Source of the DNA: an uncultured Chloroflexia bacterium
GTDB lineage: Bacteria; Chloroflexota; Limnocylindria; Limnocylindrales; CSP1-4
Direction: 5' to 3'
DNA: 64,000 bases
Assembly: GCA_963760625.1 (NCBI GenBank)
Contig: CAVXDU010000015.1
Span: forward strand, 17,707 to 81,706
Shown: positions 42,750 through 52,426 of the stretch, in pieces
How positions within the stretch are numbered: the stretch's first letter is position 1
Layout: each line of letters begins with the position of its first letter
The notes under the pieces: generated by a model
The model's database searches: none
What the model was told of the DNA's origin: nothing
What the model saw: only the letters and a program-made list of their open reading frames with translations
Program-made: the position numbers and the translations under genes

Positions 42750-43454
42750 GAGAGCCTCCTTGGTGCGGGCGCGCGCTCGGGATCGATGGATCGCGGGTCG
42801 GTCGGATGCGAGAGCGAGGCGGTCGATGCGTGTGGCGATCGACGCGAATGAGTCACGGAAGGCGGCCACGTCCCCGGCGGCGACCGGATCGGGCACGGAC
42901 CAGTGCAACGCGTACCCGGGGGATGGGGGACGAGACTCGCGGGCGCGATCGCACACCGACACGACCAGGTCGGGCAGGTGGGTGAGAGCGTCGTAGCCCT
43001 TGGGCACAGCCTCATGGATGTCGAGGCCCCATTCGCCGGCCACCTCGACCGCGGTGGGATGCACCCGAGCCGCAGGGTCGGTTCCCGCGCTGTCCGCGTC
43101 GCCGCCCGTCCGGAGCCGCCACAGCGCGGCAGCGAACTGCGACCGCGCCGAGTTGTGGGTACACACGAACAACACCGACCCGGGCGTTAGGGCTGGCAGG
43201 GGCAGGAGCCCATCGAGCCGCCCGGGACGCAGCGATATGTAGCGCCGACGATGGTCACCATCGGAGACCCGCCGCTCGATGATCCCTGCGCCCTCCAACA
43301 CGCCGAGGTGGTGGGCCGCGAGGTTCCCGGGCAGACCGCCCACCTCCATCAGCTCCTGGAAGGTCCGGTCACTGAGCGCCAGGGCGTCAACCATCGCGAG
43401 CCGGTTCCGGTCACCGAGGGCGGCAAATACGCTCGCCCGATCGTCGAGGTTCAT
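42746..43454 (-). CDS. ArsR-family HTH fused to an LMW phosphatase/arsenate reductase domain (probable frameshift near 42800)
   Basis: ArsR HTH FAALGDRNRLAMVDAL...LAAHHLGVLEGAGIIERR, then FVCTHNSARS (CX5R). The alternative frame (ORF 42746..43015) ends in a TGA that overlaps the arsC ATG in the sequence ATGA. Confidence 0.7.
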
Positions 43455-43463
43455 GACTCACAT

Positions 43464-43493
43464 GATATTGACTCAATATCTATCGAGTCAATA
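43464..43493. promoter_or_regulatory. AT-rich nested palindromes, candidate ArsR/SmtB-type operator
   Basis: GATATTGA-c-TCAATATC (43464-43480) overlaps TATTGACTC-n10-GAGTCAATA (43466-43493). Located in the 110-bp divergent region between the arsR-fusion gene and the CDF gene. Confidence 0.55.
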
Positions 43494-43564
43494 GTGGCCA
43501 GCCCTCTGGATCGCTGGCGATACCAGGGGGCGTCGCGATCGGACTGGGCTGGCACCATGACGCG

Positions 43565-44474
43565 GTGATCGACCATCACTCGCACAGCGCGGCGCACCGG
43601 GATCGGCGGTCGCTCGCCATCGTGCTCGTCATCAGCCTCGCGATCCTGGTGTTCGAGCTGGTCGGCGGCATCGCTCGCGAACAGCCTCGCCCTGCTCGCC
43701 GATGCGGGCCACGTGTTCACCGACGTGGCAGGCATCGCGCTCGCCCTGGGCGCCATCTGGGTCGCGGCGCGCCCGGCGTCCGACGCCCGCACCTTCGGCT
43801 GGTACCGGGCGGAGATCCTGGTCGCCGCCATCAACGCGGTGCTCCTGTTCGGGGTCGCGCTGTTCGTGCTGTGGGAGGCCTGGCAGCGCTGGAACGATCC
43901 GCCCGATGGTCGCCAGCGGGCTGATGCTGGTGGTCGCGATCGTCGGCGGGGTCGCCAACCTGGTGTCGCTGTCGCTCCTGCGCGGTCCGGGCGGGCGCAG
44001 CCTCAACATGCGCGGCGCCTACCTCGAGGTGCTGGGCGACCTGCTGGGCTCGGTGGCCGTCGTCGTCGCCGCGGTGGTCATCGCCCTGACCGGCTTCACG
44101 CGGGCGGATGCGCTCGCATCGGCGGCCATCGGGCTGATCGATCCTGCCGCGCACCTGGAGCCTGCTGCGCGACGCGGTCGACGTGCTGCTGGAGGCGACG
44201 CCGAAGGGCGTCGACCTCGACGAGGTCCGCCGGCACATCCTCGAGGCCCCGGGCGTCGTCGGCCGTCCACGACCTCCACGCCTGGACCATCACCAGCGGC
44301 ATGAACGTCATCTCCGCGCATGTCGTGATGGGGCCCGATGGGAACCCCGGTGGCCTGCTCGACCATCTGAGCGACTGCCTCTCGGGCGACTTCGACATCG
44401 ACCACTCGACCTTCCAGCTCGAGACTCCCGAGCACGTGATCTGGGAGGGCCGGGCTGATCGGGTGCAGCTCTGA
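43565..44474 (+). CDS. Cation diffusion facilitator family metal efflux transporter (CzcD/ZitB-like; frameshifted)
   Basis: RRSLAIVLVISLAILVFELVGG, HVFTDVAGIALALGAIWVAARPA...TFGWYRAEIL, NMRGAYLEVLGDLLGSVAVV, VHDLHAWTITSG. Confidence 0.8.
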
Positions 44475-44560
44475 CGGGGGTCGGTGGTCCAAGGCGGCCA
44501 GTTTCACCAGCAGCCGTGTCGCAAGCCCGGGCGGCTTCCGGCGCGTCCATTCAGCAGCAG

Positions 44561-45362
44561 CCGCTGTCACCGCAGCATCCACCGGCGATATCGTCGGGGT
44601 CACGCGCCGCGATCAGGTCGAGCACCGGGGTCGCGGACGTGGGCTTCGTGGCGCTGATGATGGCGCTGTGCATCCCATCGGCGACCGAGTGGGTGGACGT
44701 CACGGATACGTCCGACAGGCCGACGGCGAGCAGGCCCGCCTCGAACTCCGAGAACGACAGCGCGCCCGCGATGCAGCCGACATACGACCCCCGCTCCGCC
44801 CGCTGCTCCGGCGGTCAGGCTGTCCTCGGCCACGATGTCGCTGATGCCGATACGGCCGCCGGGCCGCAGCACACGCGCGATCTCCCGGAACACGGCCGGC
44901 TTGTCCGCCGCGAGGTTGACCACGCAGTTGCTGATGACCACGTCGACCGAGTCCGCGGGCATCGGGATGGCCTCGATGTGACCCTTCAGGAACTCGACGT
45001 TCGTCGCACCGGCTTCCGCGGCGTTCCGCTGGGCGAGCGCGAGCATCTCATCGGTCATGTCGAGGCCGAACGCGCGGCCGGTCGGGCCGACCCGCTTCGC
45101 CGACAGCAGCACGTCGATGCCGCCACCCGAGCCGAGGTCGAGCACGCGGTCGCCCTCGCGGAGGTCAGCCACGGCGGTCGGGTTGCCACAGCCGAGCGAG
45201 GCGAGGACCGCGGCGTCCGGCAGCGTGTCGCGCTGCAGGGTCGAGTACAGCTCGGCGCCGATGCCGGCCTCGTCGGTGCAGCATGGCCGTGCCGGTCGAC
45301 ATGACCGCGATCGCGGAACTGGCGTAGCGGTCGCGGACGGCCTCGTGGATCTGGTCGGTCAT
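44561..45362 (-). CDS. arsM: Arsenite S-adenosylmethionine methyltransferase (frameshifted)
   Basis: [17 protein letters not shown] motif [37 protein letters not shown], and a Cys-rich tail read manually as [10 protein letters not shown] ending at 44561. RBS GAGGAG. Confidence 0.8.
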
Positions 45363-45386
45363 GGCTTCGTCTCCTCGGCGGGCGTT

Positions 45387-45421
45387 GTATCGAGACTTGA
45401 CTATATAGGCACTGTCAATAC
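45387..45421. promoter_or_regulatory. AT-rich imperfect inverted repeat, candidate ArsR operator
   Basis: GTATcgagacTTGACtatataggcactGTCAAtAC, between the divergent arsM and arsR genes. It shares TATCGAG..TCAATA with the site at 43481-43493. Confidence 0.35.
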
Positions 45422-45433
45422 CATGTCCAGCGA

Positions 45434-45763
45434 GTGCAGCGACAGACCGATCCCGACGTGCTGCTGCTGCAGGCCGCAGCGGACCCGACCCGGCTTGCCA
45501 TCCTCCGCCAGCTGAGCGACCTGGGTGAGGTGTGCGCCTGCGACCTGGGTCATCCGGGCATCAGGCAGCCCACGCTGTCGCATCATCTCAAGGTGCTACG
45601 CGATGCGGGCTGGATCACGGGTGACCGTCGCGGGACCTGGATCTGGTACTCGCTCCGGCCCGAGGCCGTCGTGCGGTTCCGGGATCTTGCCGGGGCCCTC
45701 GGGGTAGCGCGGACGATGCCCGGTCACGCCGGTCGCCGGCTGCCCGTGGTCCAGCCCGCTTGA
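45434..45763 (+). CDS. arsR: ArsR/SmtB family transcriptional regulator
   Basis: Intact 109 aa. [16 protein letters not shown]...VCACDL...[17 protein letters not shown]. Confidence 0.85.
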   Translation: MQRQTDPDVLLLQAAADPTRLAILRQLSDLGEVCACDLGHPGIRQPTLSHHLKVLRDAGWITGDRRGTWIWYSLRPEAVVRFRDLAGALGVARTMPGHAGRRLPVVQPA

Positions 45764-45933
45764 AGTCGACGACGGGGCCTGAACGTATCGACCGGTAGCG
45801 TGTGGCAGCCGCTTCGACTGGTCTCGTTCGCGTTGCGGGGCAGCGGCCTGGCCGGAGTCCCACCCCGACAGTTTCGCGGTTCCGCCGGCGAGTATCATCC
45901 TCGTCCGCGCGTCCGTACCGCGACGGGGAGGCG

Positions 45934-46815
45934 ATGGTGAAGACTGTCAAGGCTTCGCTGGCTGGCATGGTGGCTATCGCCCTGCTCGCCTGCATGCCCG
46001 CCACCGTGGCAGGGCAGTCCGGCAGCCCGCCTAGCGGTCATCCCCGGCCTGGTGACCGAGCCGGTGGAATCCGGGGTGCTGCGCGTCCTCCGCGACGACG
46101 CGGGCCACGACCTGACCGAGCGCCATCCAGCCTATCCACGGGACATGGACCGCATCGCGGTCGGGCCGGACGGGACGGTTTGGATCGCCAGTACTGCACA
46201 CGGCTCCGATAACTCCCTGCTGAATGGTTTTCAGGTCTGGGCGCTCGGCCGGCCGGGCATCTTCGGGACGGAGGACGGCGTCCCGGAATTCATTCAGACC
46301 CTATCGATCGATGCCGAGGGCCGGCTGCTCGCGGTAGGCAGCAGGCTGGCCACGCTCGACGGCGGGCAGTGGTCATCCGACGGATCGGCATTCCACACCG
46401 TGGCACCCGATGGCACCCTCTGGCTCATTCACCCTGATGGCGGCCTCGAGGCCTGGGATGGGACCACCTTCACGCGGTACCTGCAGGGGGTCAGGTCCAC
46501 GCGGTCGGGGTGACACCCGCCGGCACGGTCTGGGCCGCCGCGGAGGACGGACTGACCACGTTCGACGGGCGCAGCTGGGCGGCGGCGGTCCCCTCGCCGC
46601 GACGGGCGGTGGCCCAGGACGGCACCGTCTGGATAGTGCATCCGGACACTGGCGTGGAGGCCATCGACGGCACGACCACCACGCGCTATCTCAGAGGCTC
46701 CAACATCAATCAGATTGCTATCGCGCCCGACGGCGCCGTCTGGGCCGTCGGCAGCGTCGGCGACAGGCCCGGCGGCCTGTACGTAATCCGGCCGCCGGCC
46801 GGGGCCGGCAAGTAG
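45934..46815 (+). CDS. Secreted beta-propeller-repeat protein (frameshifted)
   Basis: Signal MVKTVKASLAGMVAIALLACMPATVAG. Repeated DGTVW / DGTLWL / DGAVWAVG motifs across ORFs 46052..46513 and 46510..46815. Confidence 0.6.
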
Positions 46816-46986
46816 GACCTCCCCCGGTCGTAAGCCGGGCGGACGGGCCGGGTCAGGATGGAGTGATTGCTGCGCCCCCGGTGAAGGGGGCGTCGAGGCC
46901 ATCGCCGACGCGCATACTGGGCCCGAGTCGGCACCGCCGTGCGCCGGTCAGAATGCGCCCGGAGCAGGTGGAGGAAGGACTACGAG

Positions 46987-47595
46987 ATGCGACGTCTCCG
47001 GTGGGTTCTCGTCTCCAGCAGCCTGATCGTCCTGCTTCTGCCTGGGGTCGTCTCGGCGAGGCCAAGGACCGCCACGGTGCTGGACAGCCTGGGGGATGCG
47101 ACGCCGGCAACGGCCTTCAGCGTCTTCGGAAGTGGGGGCGCGGTGATCTCGCCACTCCAGTTGGCGGGCGCAGAGTTCGTTCTGAGGAAGCGCACCGTCG
47201 TCACCGAGATCGGTGGCTTTCTCAACAACTGCAAGACGATCATCAGCGGGGTCGCTCAGTGTCCGGACACGCGCCCGTTCGTCGTGCAAGTGCGACCCAG
47301 CAGGAACGGCCTGCCTGACCCCGTGAAGGTACTAGCGACATTCGAGTTGTCGCACGACAACGACCCGACCCTCGTCTCGTACGAGTCCGCCCGAATGAGG
47401 TTGAGATTGCCGGCGGGACGGTACTTTGCGTTGTTCGCAGCTCAGGGCAGCGACGTTGGATTCCTCCTGAGTTCCGCGTCGTCTCCATTCAGCTACCTTG
47501 CCGGTTCCCTTAGGGAGGCCATCGTGACCTTGGCGGACGGCGCGGCGTACGTGCGGCAGAACAACTCGGCTATGCGAGTCCTCGCCAGGAAGTGA
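46987..47595 (+). CDS. Secreted hypothetical protein
   Basis: ATG 46987 follows GGAGGA. Signal MRRLRWVLVSSSLIVLLLPGVVSA. Intact, and visibly lower in GC than its neighbours. Confidence 0.55.
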   Translation: MRRLRWVLVSSSLIVLLLPGVVSARPRTATVLDSLGDATPATAFSVFGSGGAVISPLQLAGAEFVLRKRTVVTEIGGFLNNCKTIISGVAQCPDTRPFVVQVRPSRNGLPDPVKVLATFELSHDNDPTLVSYESARMRLRLPAGRYFALFAAQGSDVGFLLSSASSPFSYLAGSLREAIVTLADGAAYVRQNNSAMRVLARK

Positions 47596-47619
47596 TCGTC
47601 GGTTCTCGCCCGGAGCGGG

Positions 47620-48097
47620 CTACTTGCCGGTGAACGGCTCCGGGGCTGCCGGTACGTCGCCCTCGATGATCAGGCCCCAGACCTCCCAGTCACACGCGAC
47701 CGGGTCGTAGGCGGACTCCCAGACCGCGGTAAGGCCCTCGTAGGCGCCTTCGCCCACGAGTGGCGCGGTCACGACCGAGGAGCGGTCCCCGATGCCGAGG
47801 ACGGTATACGAGCCCTGCCACGCGCCCTCCTCGTTCTCGATACGCCAGGTCCCCGTGCCCATGCAGGCCCATCAGGACAGGAAGACCTCGCGCCTTAGGG
47901 CCCTCAGCTCCTGGTGAGATCCAGTCGGACGGCCGCGTCTGGGCCCGACCTCCCCCGAGGACACGGCCGTAGCGGAAGAGGATAATCTCCCCCGAGTCGA
48001 GGTCCCAATACCTACGGATGCGGTTGCCAACATGGACGCGCGCTACTGAAGCCGGCCTCCGGGTCTCCTGTCCATCACATCGAAGCGCGAGCCGGAC
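47620..48097 (-). pseudogene. Frameshifted/truncated paralog of the 40495..41037 secreted protein
   Basis: ORF 47620..47862 reads GTGTWRIENEEGAWQG...GEGAYEG...LIIEGDVPAAPEP. The upstream part is readable only in another frame (ORF 47690..48157) and lacks a signal peptide. Confidence 0.4.
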
Positions 48098-48111
48098 GCG
48101 TCCTGTCATCC

Positions 48112-49209
48112 TTGTTCGGCGAGGCCCTGTGGCCATACCTCGCGACCCGGCTGCCACTCCTGCTGGCGGGCGTGCTGTCTGTGGCGCAGGTGCCCACCAG
48201 CCGGTGGATACCTGCCTACTGGATCATCCCAGGCCTCGACCGGGCCATCGATGCGTTCAGTCGATGGGATGCCTGGCACTACACGCGTATCGCCCTCAAC
48301 GGCTACCCCGAGGGCGATATCTCCCGGACGGCGTTCTTCCCACTGTTCCCGGCGTTGATACGGACCCTGGCGGAGGTCCAGGGCCGTACGGACAGGCCCG
48401 GCCTCTTCCTGGCATCCGTCGTCGTGGCAAACGTGTGTGCCGTCCTTGCAACGATGGCGCTCATCGCGCTCGTGCGTCTCGAACTGGGACCCGACCACGC
48501 CCGACGGAGCGCCTGGTACCTGCTCGCATTCCCGACGACCCTGTTCCTGAGCGCAGGCTACTCCGAGGCGCTGTTCCTGCTGCTCACGGTCTGGGCCATC
48601 CTGGCTGCGCGAACGGACCGATGGCTGTGGGCCGCAGCCCTGGGACTGCTTGCGGCCTGGACTCGACCGGTAGGCGTGATCATCTGCTTGCCGCTTGCCA
48701 TCGAGGCAGGGCTCATCTGGTGGGCAGACCGTCGGTGGCGGTGGCGGCCAGCCGCGGCGATAGTCGCGCCACTCGCGGGTCTGACTACCTGGATGGCATA
48801 CCTCCAAGTCAGGTTCCACGACCCGATGGCGTTTCTACACGCCCAGGCCGGTTGGGACCGCTCGCTTGTCCCGCCTTGGGAAGCGTTCCTGCCGTTCTTG
48901 GACGGGCGCGTCACGCTGACGGAGATCGTCGAGCTGGCATTCACCATCTTCGGTGTCATCATCACGCTACTGGCATGGCGATGGCTGCGTCCTGCCTACG
49001 CCCTGTACATGAGCGCCCTGCTGATCGTCCCCCTCGCCACCGGGTCGCTGCTGTCGATGCCCCGTTTCCTGCTGGTCGTATTCCCGATGTACCTGGTGCT
49101 TGCCATCCTGGGTAGACGGGCTGTCGTTCACGACGCCCTGATTGCGGTTGGCATGGGCACCGCGGGGTTGTACATGGTGCTGTATGCACAGTGGTACTGG
49201 GTCGCGTGA
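48112..49209 (+). CDS. Mannosyltransferase-family integral membrane protein (PIG-V / GT76-like)
   Basis: Intact 365 aa, polytopic. FSRWDAWHYTRIALNGYPEGD..RTAFFPLFPALIR is characteristic of the family. Confidence 0.65.
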   Translation: MFGEALWPYLATRLPLLLAGVLSVAQVPTSRWIPAYWIIPGLDRAIDAFSRWDAWHYTRIALNGYPEGDISRTAFFPLFPALIRTLAEVQGRTDRPGLFLASVVVANVCAVLATMALIALVRLELGPDHARRSAWYLLAFPTTLFLSAGYSEALFLLLTVWAILAARTDRWLWAAALGLLAAWTRPVGVIICLPLAIEAGLIWWADRRWRWRPAAAIVAPLAGLTTWMAYLQVRFHDPMAFLHAQAGWDRSLVPPWEAFLPFLDGRVTLTEIVELAFTIFGVIITLLAWRWLRPAYALYMSALLIVPLATGSLLSMPRFLLVVFPMYLVLAILGRRAVVHDALIAVGMGTAGLYMVLYAQWYWVA

Positions 49210-49655
49210 CCGAACTCAGGACGCACCGGTGGCGAGCATCCGGGCTCGCTGCTGCACTTGCCCAGGCTGCCACCGGTCAGCCCGCAACCCCAAGCGCCGC
49301 GAGGGAGTCCCTCAGGAGGGCAGGACCTACCTGCAGCCAACGCGGTATCGGGCGCCCAGCCTAGAAGATCGCGTGCGACCGCGCGAACCAACCATCAGCA
49401 CTCGACGGTCATCGGCTCCCGATGCACCACGACGTCGATGGCCACGGACCTGCCCGCGGATGGCTCGGGCGCGAGGGGGGATGGTGCTAGGTTCTTCGTT
49501 CGTCGCGCCGGGTGGCACGCTCGGTATTTAACGACGCGTTATCGACCCGTTCTCGATCTCGGCAGAGCATCAGCGCACCTCGGAAAAGGCGGATGTCGAT
49601 CCATCGGCGAGCAGGTCCACAGGCCGTTGTCGGACCGACGAAGACGGGAGCTTTG

Positions 49656-49814
49656 ATGGCCACACCAACAGCGGATGCCGAGCGGATGCGGCTCGACGAA
49701 GCGCGTGATGACGACATCCCGTGGCGCAGATGGGGCCCGTACCTCTCGGAGCGCCAATGGGGAACCGTACGCGAGGACTACAGCGCCGACGGCGTGGGTG
49801 CTAGAGCAGCATGA
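49656..49814 (+). pseudogene. 5' stub (about 50 codons) of a GH63-like glucosidase gene
   Basis: [46 protein letters not shown] matches the conserved N-terminus of MGH1/GH63-like glucosidases. The frame then stops where a minus-strand gene begins. Confidence 0.5.
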
Positions 49815-50130
49815 GGAAGACCGGAGCGGCAGCAGCGACCCACGCGGCAACCTGCAGCGCGAGCACCAGGCCGGCTTGCCGCGGGCGGCGCGGGAGCCAT
49901 GTCATCGCGAAGAACAGGATGACCGGTACCTGTCCGGCCATGAGTAGCTGCCAGAGGTGCGCAGCTGTCCCCTCGTCGGCCTCACGGGCGACGCCGGCGG
50001 TGGCGATGTGGCCAAGGACCAAGGCCAGGGCCGCGAGCGACATCGCCAGTGGGATGAATGCGCTCGGGTGCTTGAGCGTCGCAGACGTGTTCTCGGGTGG
50101 CGTGATGGGCAGGTGGGACATCCGGGTCAC
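49801..50130 (-). CDS. Small membrane protein (109 aa)
   Basis: Intact ORF with three hydrophobic helices ([52 protein letters not shown]). Confidence 0.5.
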   Translation of the reverse strand: MTRMSHLPITPPENTSATLKHPSAFIPLAMSLAALALVLGHIATAGVAREADEGTAAHLWQLLMAGQVPVILFFAMTWLPRRPRQAGLVLALQVAAWVAAAAPVFLMLL

Positions 50131-50396
50131 CTCGTGCTCCTGGTGCCGCGCATCCTACGCCGGACACAGGATCACTCGAGGGGGATCGAGACCGGCCAAT
50201 ACGGCCCTACACCGGCTAGCGGACGGTACGCGCGCGCACGAACTCCGCGGCCAGTTCGCCGCCCCTGCCGAACTCGGCGTGGGATCACGGTCCGCACGAT
50301 GATCATGTCGACCTCCCGCCCGCTGGACCGGCACCGATGGGCGACCGGCGCTCCTGCCTTCGTTGCTGCCATTGCCGCTTCCGAACCTTGATTGTG

Positions 50397-50482
50397 TGGT
50401 ACCGGGAGAGGGATTCGAACCCTCACGAGGTTGCCCTCGCCTGATTTTGAGTCAGGTGCGTCTGCCATTCCGCCACCCCGGC
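50397..50482 (-). tRNA. tRNA-Leu (anticodon CAA), CCA encoded
   Basis: Reverse complement: GCCGGGGTGGCGGAATGGCAGACGCACCTGACTCAAAATCAGGCGAGGGCAACCTCGTGAGGGTTCGAATCCCTCTCCCGGTACCA. It has an acceptor stem (two G-U pairs), anticodon loop CTCAAAA, a long variable arm, and T-loop GGTTCGAATCC. Confidence 0.9.
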
Positions 50483-50749
50483 ACGCAGGCTGATTCTCGC
50501 ATGCCGCTGCCATGGCGCAGCGGATCCGGCGCCCGCAGATGGCCAAACGCACCCAGCTCGCGGTCCGCGACCGCGGCATCGGGTGAACGTATGACCATGG
50601 ACCTCAGGCGTCATCATCGTGGTGATGTGCTGGGAGGTCGAATGCTGCTCGAGATCGACACACTGACCCGGACGTTTCGTCGCGGGATGCGTGACAGGAC
50701 GGTCATCCGGGCGACCGATGGTACGGCGCGCACTGACCCGTCGCGGTTG

Positions 50750-51416
50750 ATGGGTCAGCCAGGAGACCCTTCGCCGGTCAGCGACGCCGCGCCCACGGGG
50801 AACGAGGTGGCGGCCGCGCGGGTCCAGGCGGAACGTGTCGCGGCCGACCGCGCGCGGGACCGGGCACTCGTGGAGACCGCGCTCGGCGGCGAGCTGGACG
50901 CGTTCAACCGACTGGTCGAGCTGTACCAGGACTACCTGTTCAGCGTCACCGTGCGCGTCGTGGGTGACCGGGAGGCCGCCGCGGACGCCGTCCAGGAGGC
51001 GTTCCTGAGCGCGTATCGCAACCTGTCCCGGTTCCGGGGCGACTCGTTCCGGAGCTGGCTGACGCGCATCGCGCTCAACGCCGCGACGGACGTGCTGCGC
51101 GGCCGCAAGCGTCGACCGGCCGACCCGTACCCGGAGTGGGAGGACGACTCCTGGCAGCCGCCGACCGACGAGTCGGAGGGTCCCGAGCAGACCGCCATCG
51201 CCCGCAGCCGGAGCCGGACCATCGCCGCGGCGCTCGGCCCAGATCACCGACGACCAGCGTGCCGCCATCGTGCTGTACGACGTCGAGGGCTACGACTACC
51301 ACGAGATCGCCGAGATGCAGGGCGTCTCGCTGGGCACGGTCAAGTCGCGCATCCACCGCGGGCGGCTCGCGCTGCGGGACCTGCTGGCCGACCAGATGGA
51401 GCAGCTCCGTGGCTGA
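50750..51416 (+). CDS. ECF-subfamily RNA polymerase sigma-70 factor (one frameshift near 51240; start uncertain)
   Basis: Region 2: [63 protein letters not shown]. Region 4 read manually: [42 protein letters not shown]. Confidence 0.8.
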
Positions 51417-51454
51417 CCGGGAACCGACCGGCACGCGACGGGCGTCTGAGCCCG

Positions 51455-52321
51455 GTGACCCCCGGAACCTGCCGCCTCGATGACCATGCCCAGCACGATC
51501 GCTGGCTGGTCGTCCGTGCCGCCATCCACGACGACGACCTGACGCCCGCGGAGACGGCCGACGCGCGCGCGCTGCTGGCGCGGCTGCGCCGAGTGCGCCG
51601 CGCTCGCCGCGGACATCACCACCATCACGCCACGCGACCGCGGTGTCGCTCGCGCCCGCGCGGCCGCGCGACTTCCGGCTGACGCCGGCACAGGCGCGAG
51701 CGGCCCGCGGGCGGCATCCTCGGATCGACTCGGTCGCTGGCTCGTCGTCGCCCCGCGGGACGCTCGTCCGTCCGCTCGCCGGCGCGAGCCTCGCCATCGG
51801 CATCGTGCTGGTCGCGGTCGGGCCCGTCCGTCCAGGGCCCGCTGCAGGCACAGGACCCGCGCCGCCCGAACGCCGCAGGTCGCGGCCGGTCGCAGCGCGG
51901 CGGCGCCGAGGCGCCGGCGAGCCGACGCGGCCAGGACTGCCGGCGCGCCGAGGCACGCCGCGGCCGACCGAGGTGCAGACCCGGACGCGCCCGACGCCGC
52001 AGGGCGGCACTGCCGCAGATGCTGACCAGCCGGCTCCGTCGGACCCGGCGACGCATGACGCGCACCGGCCAGGCCATCGCCCGACGGGCCGTCCGTCGCG
52101 CATGGCCAAGGCATCGCCCGACCCCGAGGTGGCCGACGTCCAGGCCGTCGCCGGCGGCCACGCCCGACGCGGACGCCGCGCGACCAGGACGCCGATCGCC
52201 GCTGCGCCCGCTCAGCGACCAGCGACGACACCGTCGACTGGCGCTCGCGCTGCTGGGCATCGTGCTGGCCGGTACCGGGCTCCTCGTGCTGGTGCTGACG
52301 TGGCTGGCCGCGCCGGCATGA
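51455..52321 (+). CDS. Putative anti-sigma factor (zf-HC2-like N-terminus, Arg/Pro/Ala-rich linker, C-terminal TM; frameshifted)
   Basis: TCRLDDHAQHDRWLVVRAAIHDDDLTPAETADARALLA, then (manual frame) GCAECAALAADI. Terminal TM LALALLGIVLAGTGLLVLVLTWLAAPA (ORF 52019..52321). Lies immediately downstream of the sigma gene. Confidence 0.5.
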
Positions 52322-52426
52322 CGCTAGGCGATCGAGCCGCTGCCGTAGCCGCCGATCCGGACGCGCATCGGACGCCGCGCGGAACCTGACAAGGTCCGGC
52401 GCATCCGGCCGGGTACACTCGGCCAC

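Noticed and set aside
46900-50482. Genomic island integrated at tRNA-Leu (lower GC, gene stubs, accessory-looking genes next to the tRNA 3' end)
   Set aside because: I found no integrase and no direct repeat of the tRNA 3' end in the window. The GC dip is modest and judged only by eye. It is kept only as context for the GH63 stub.
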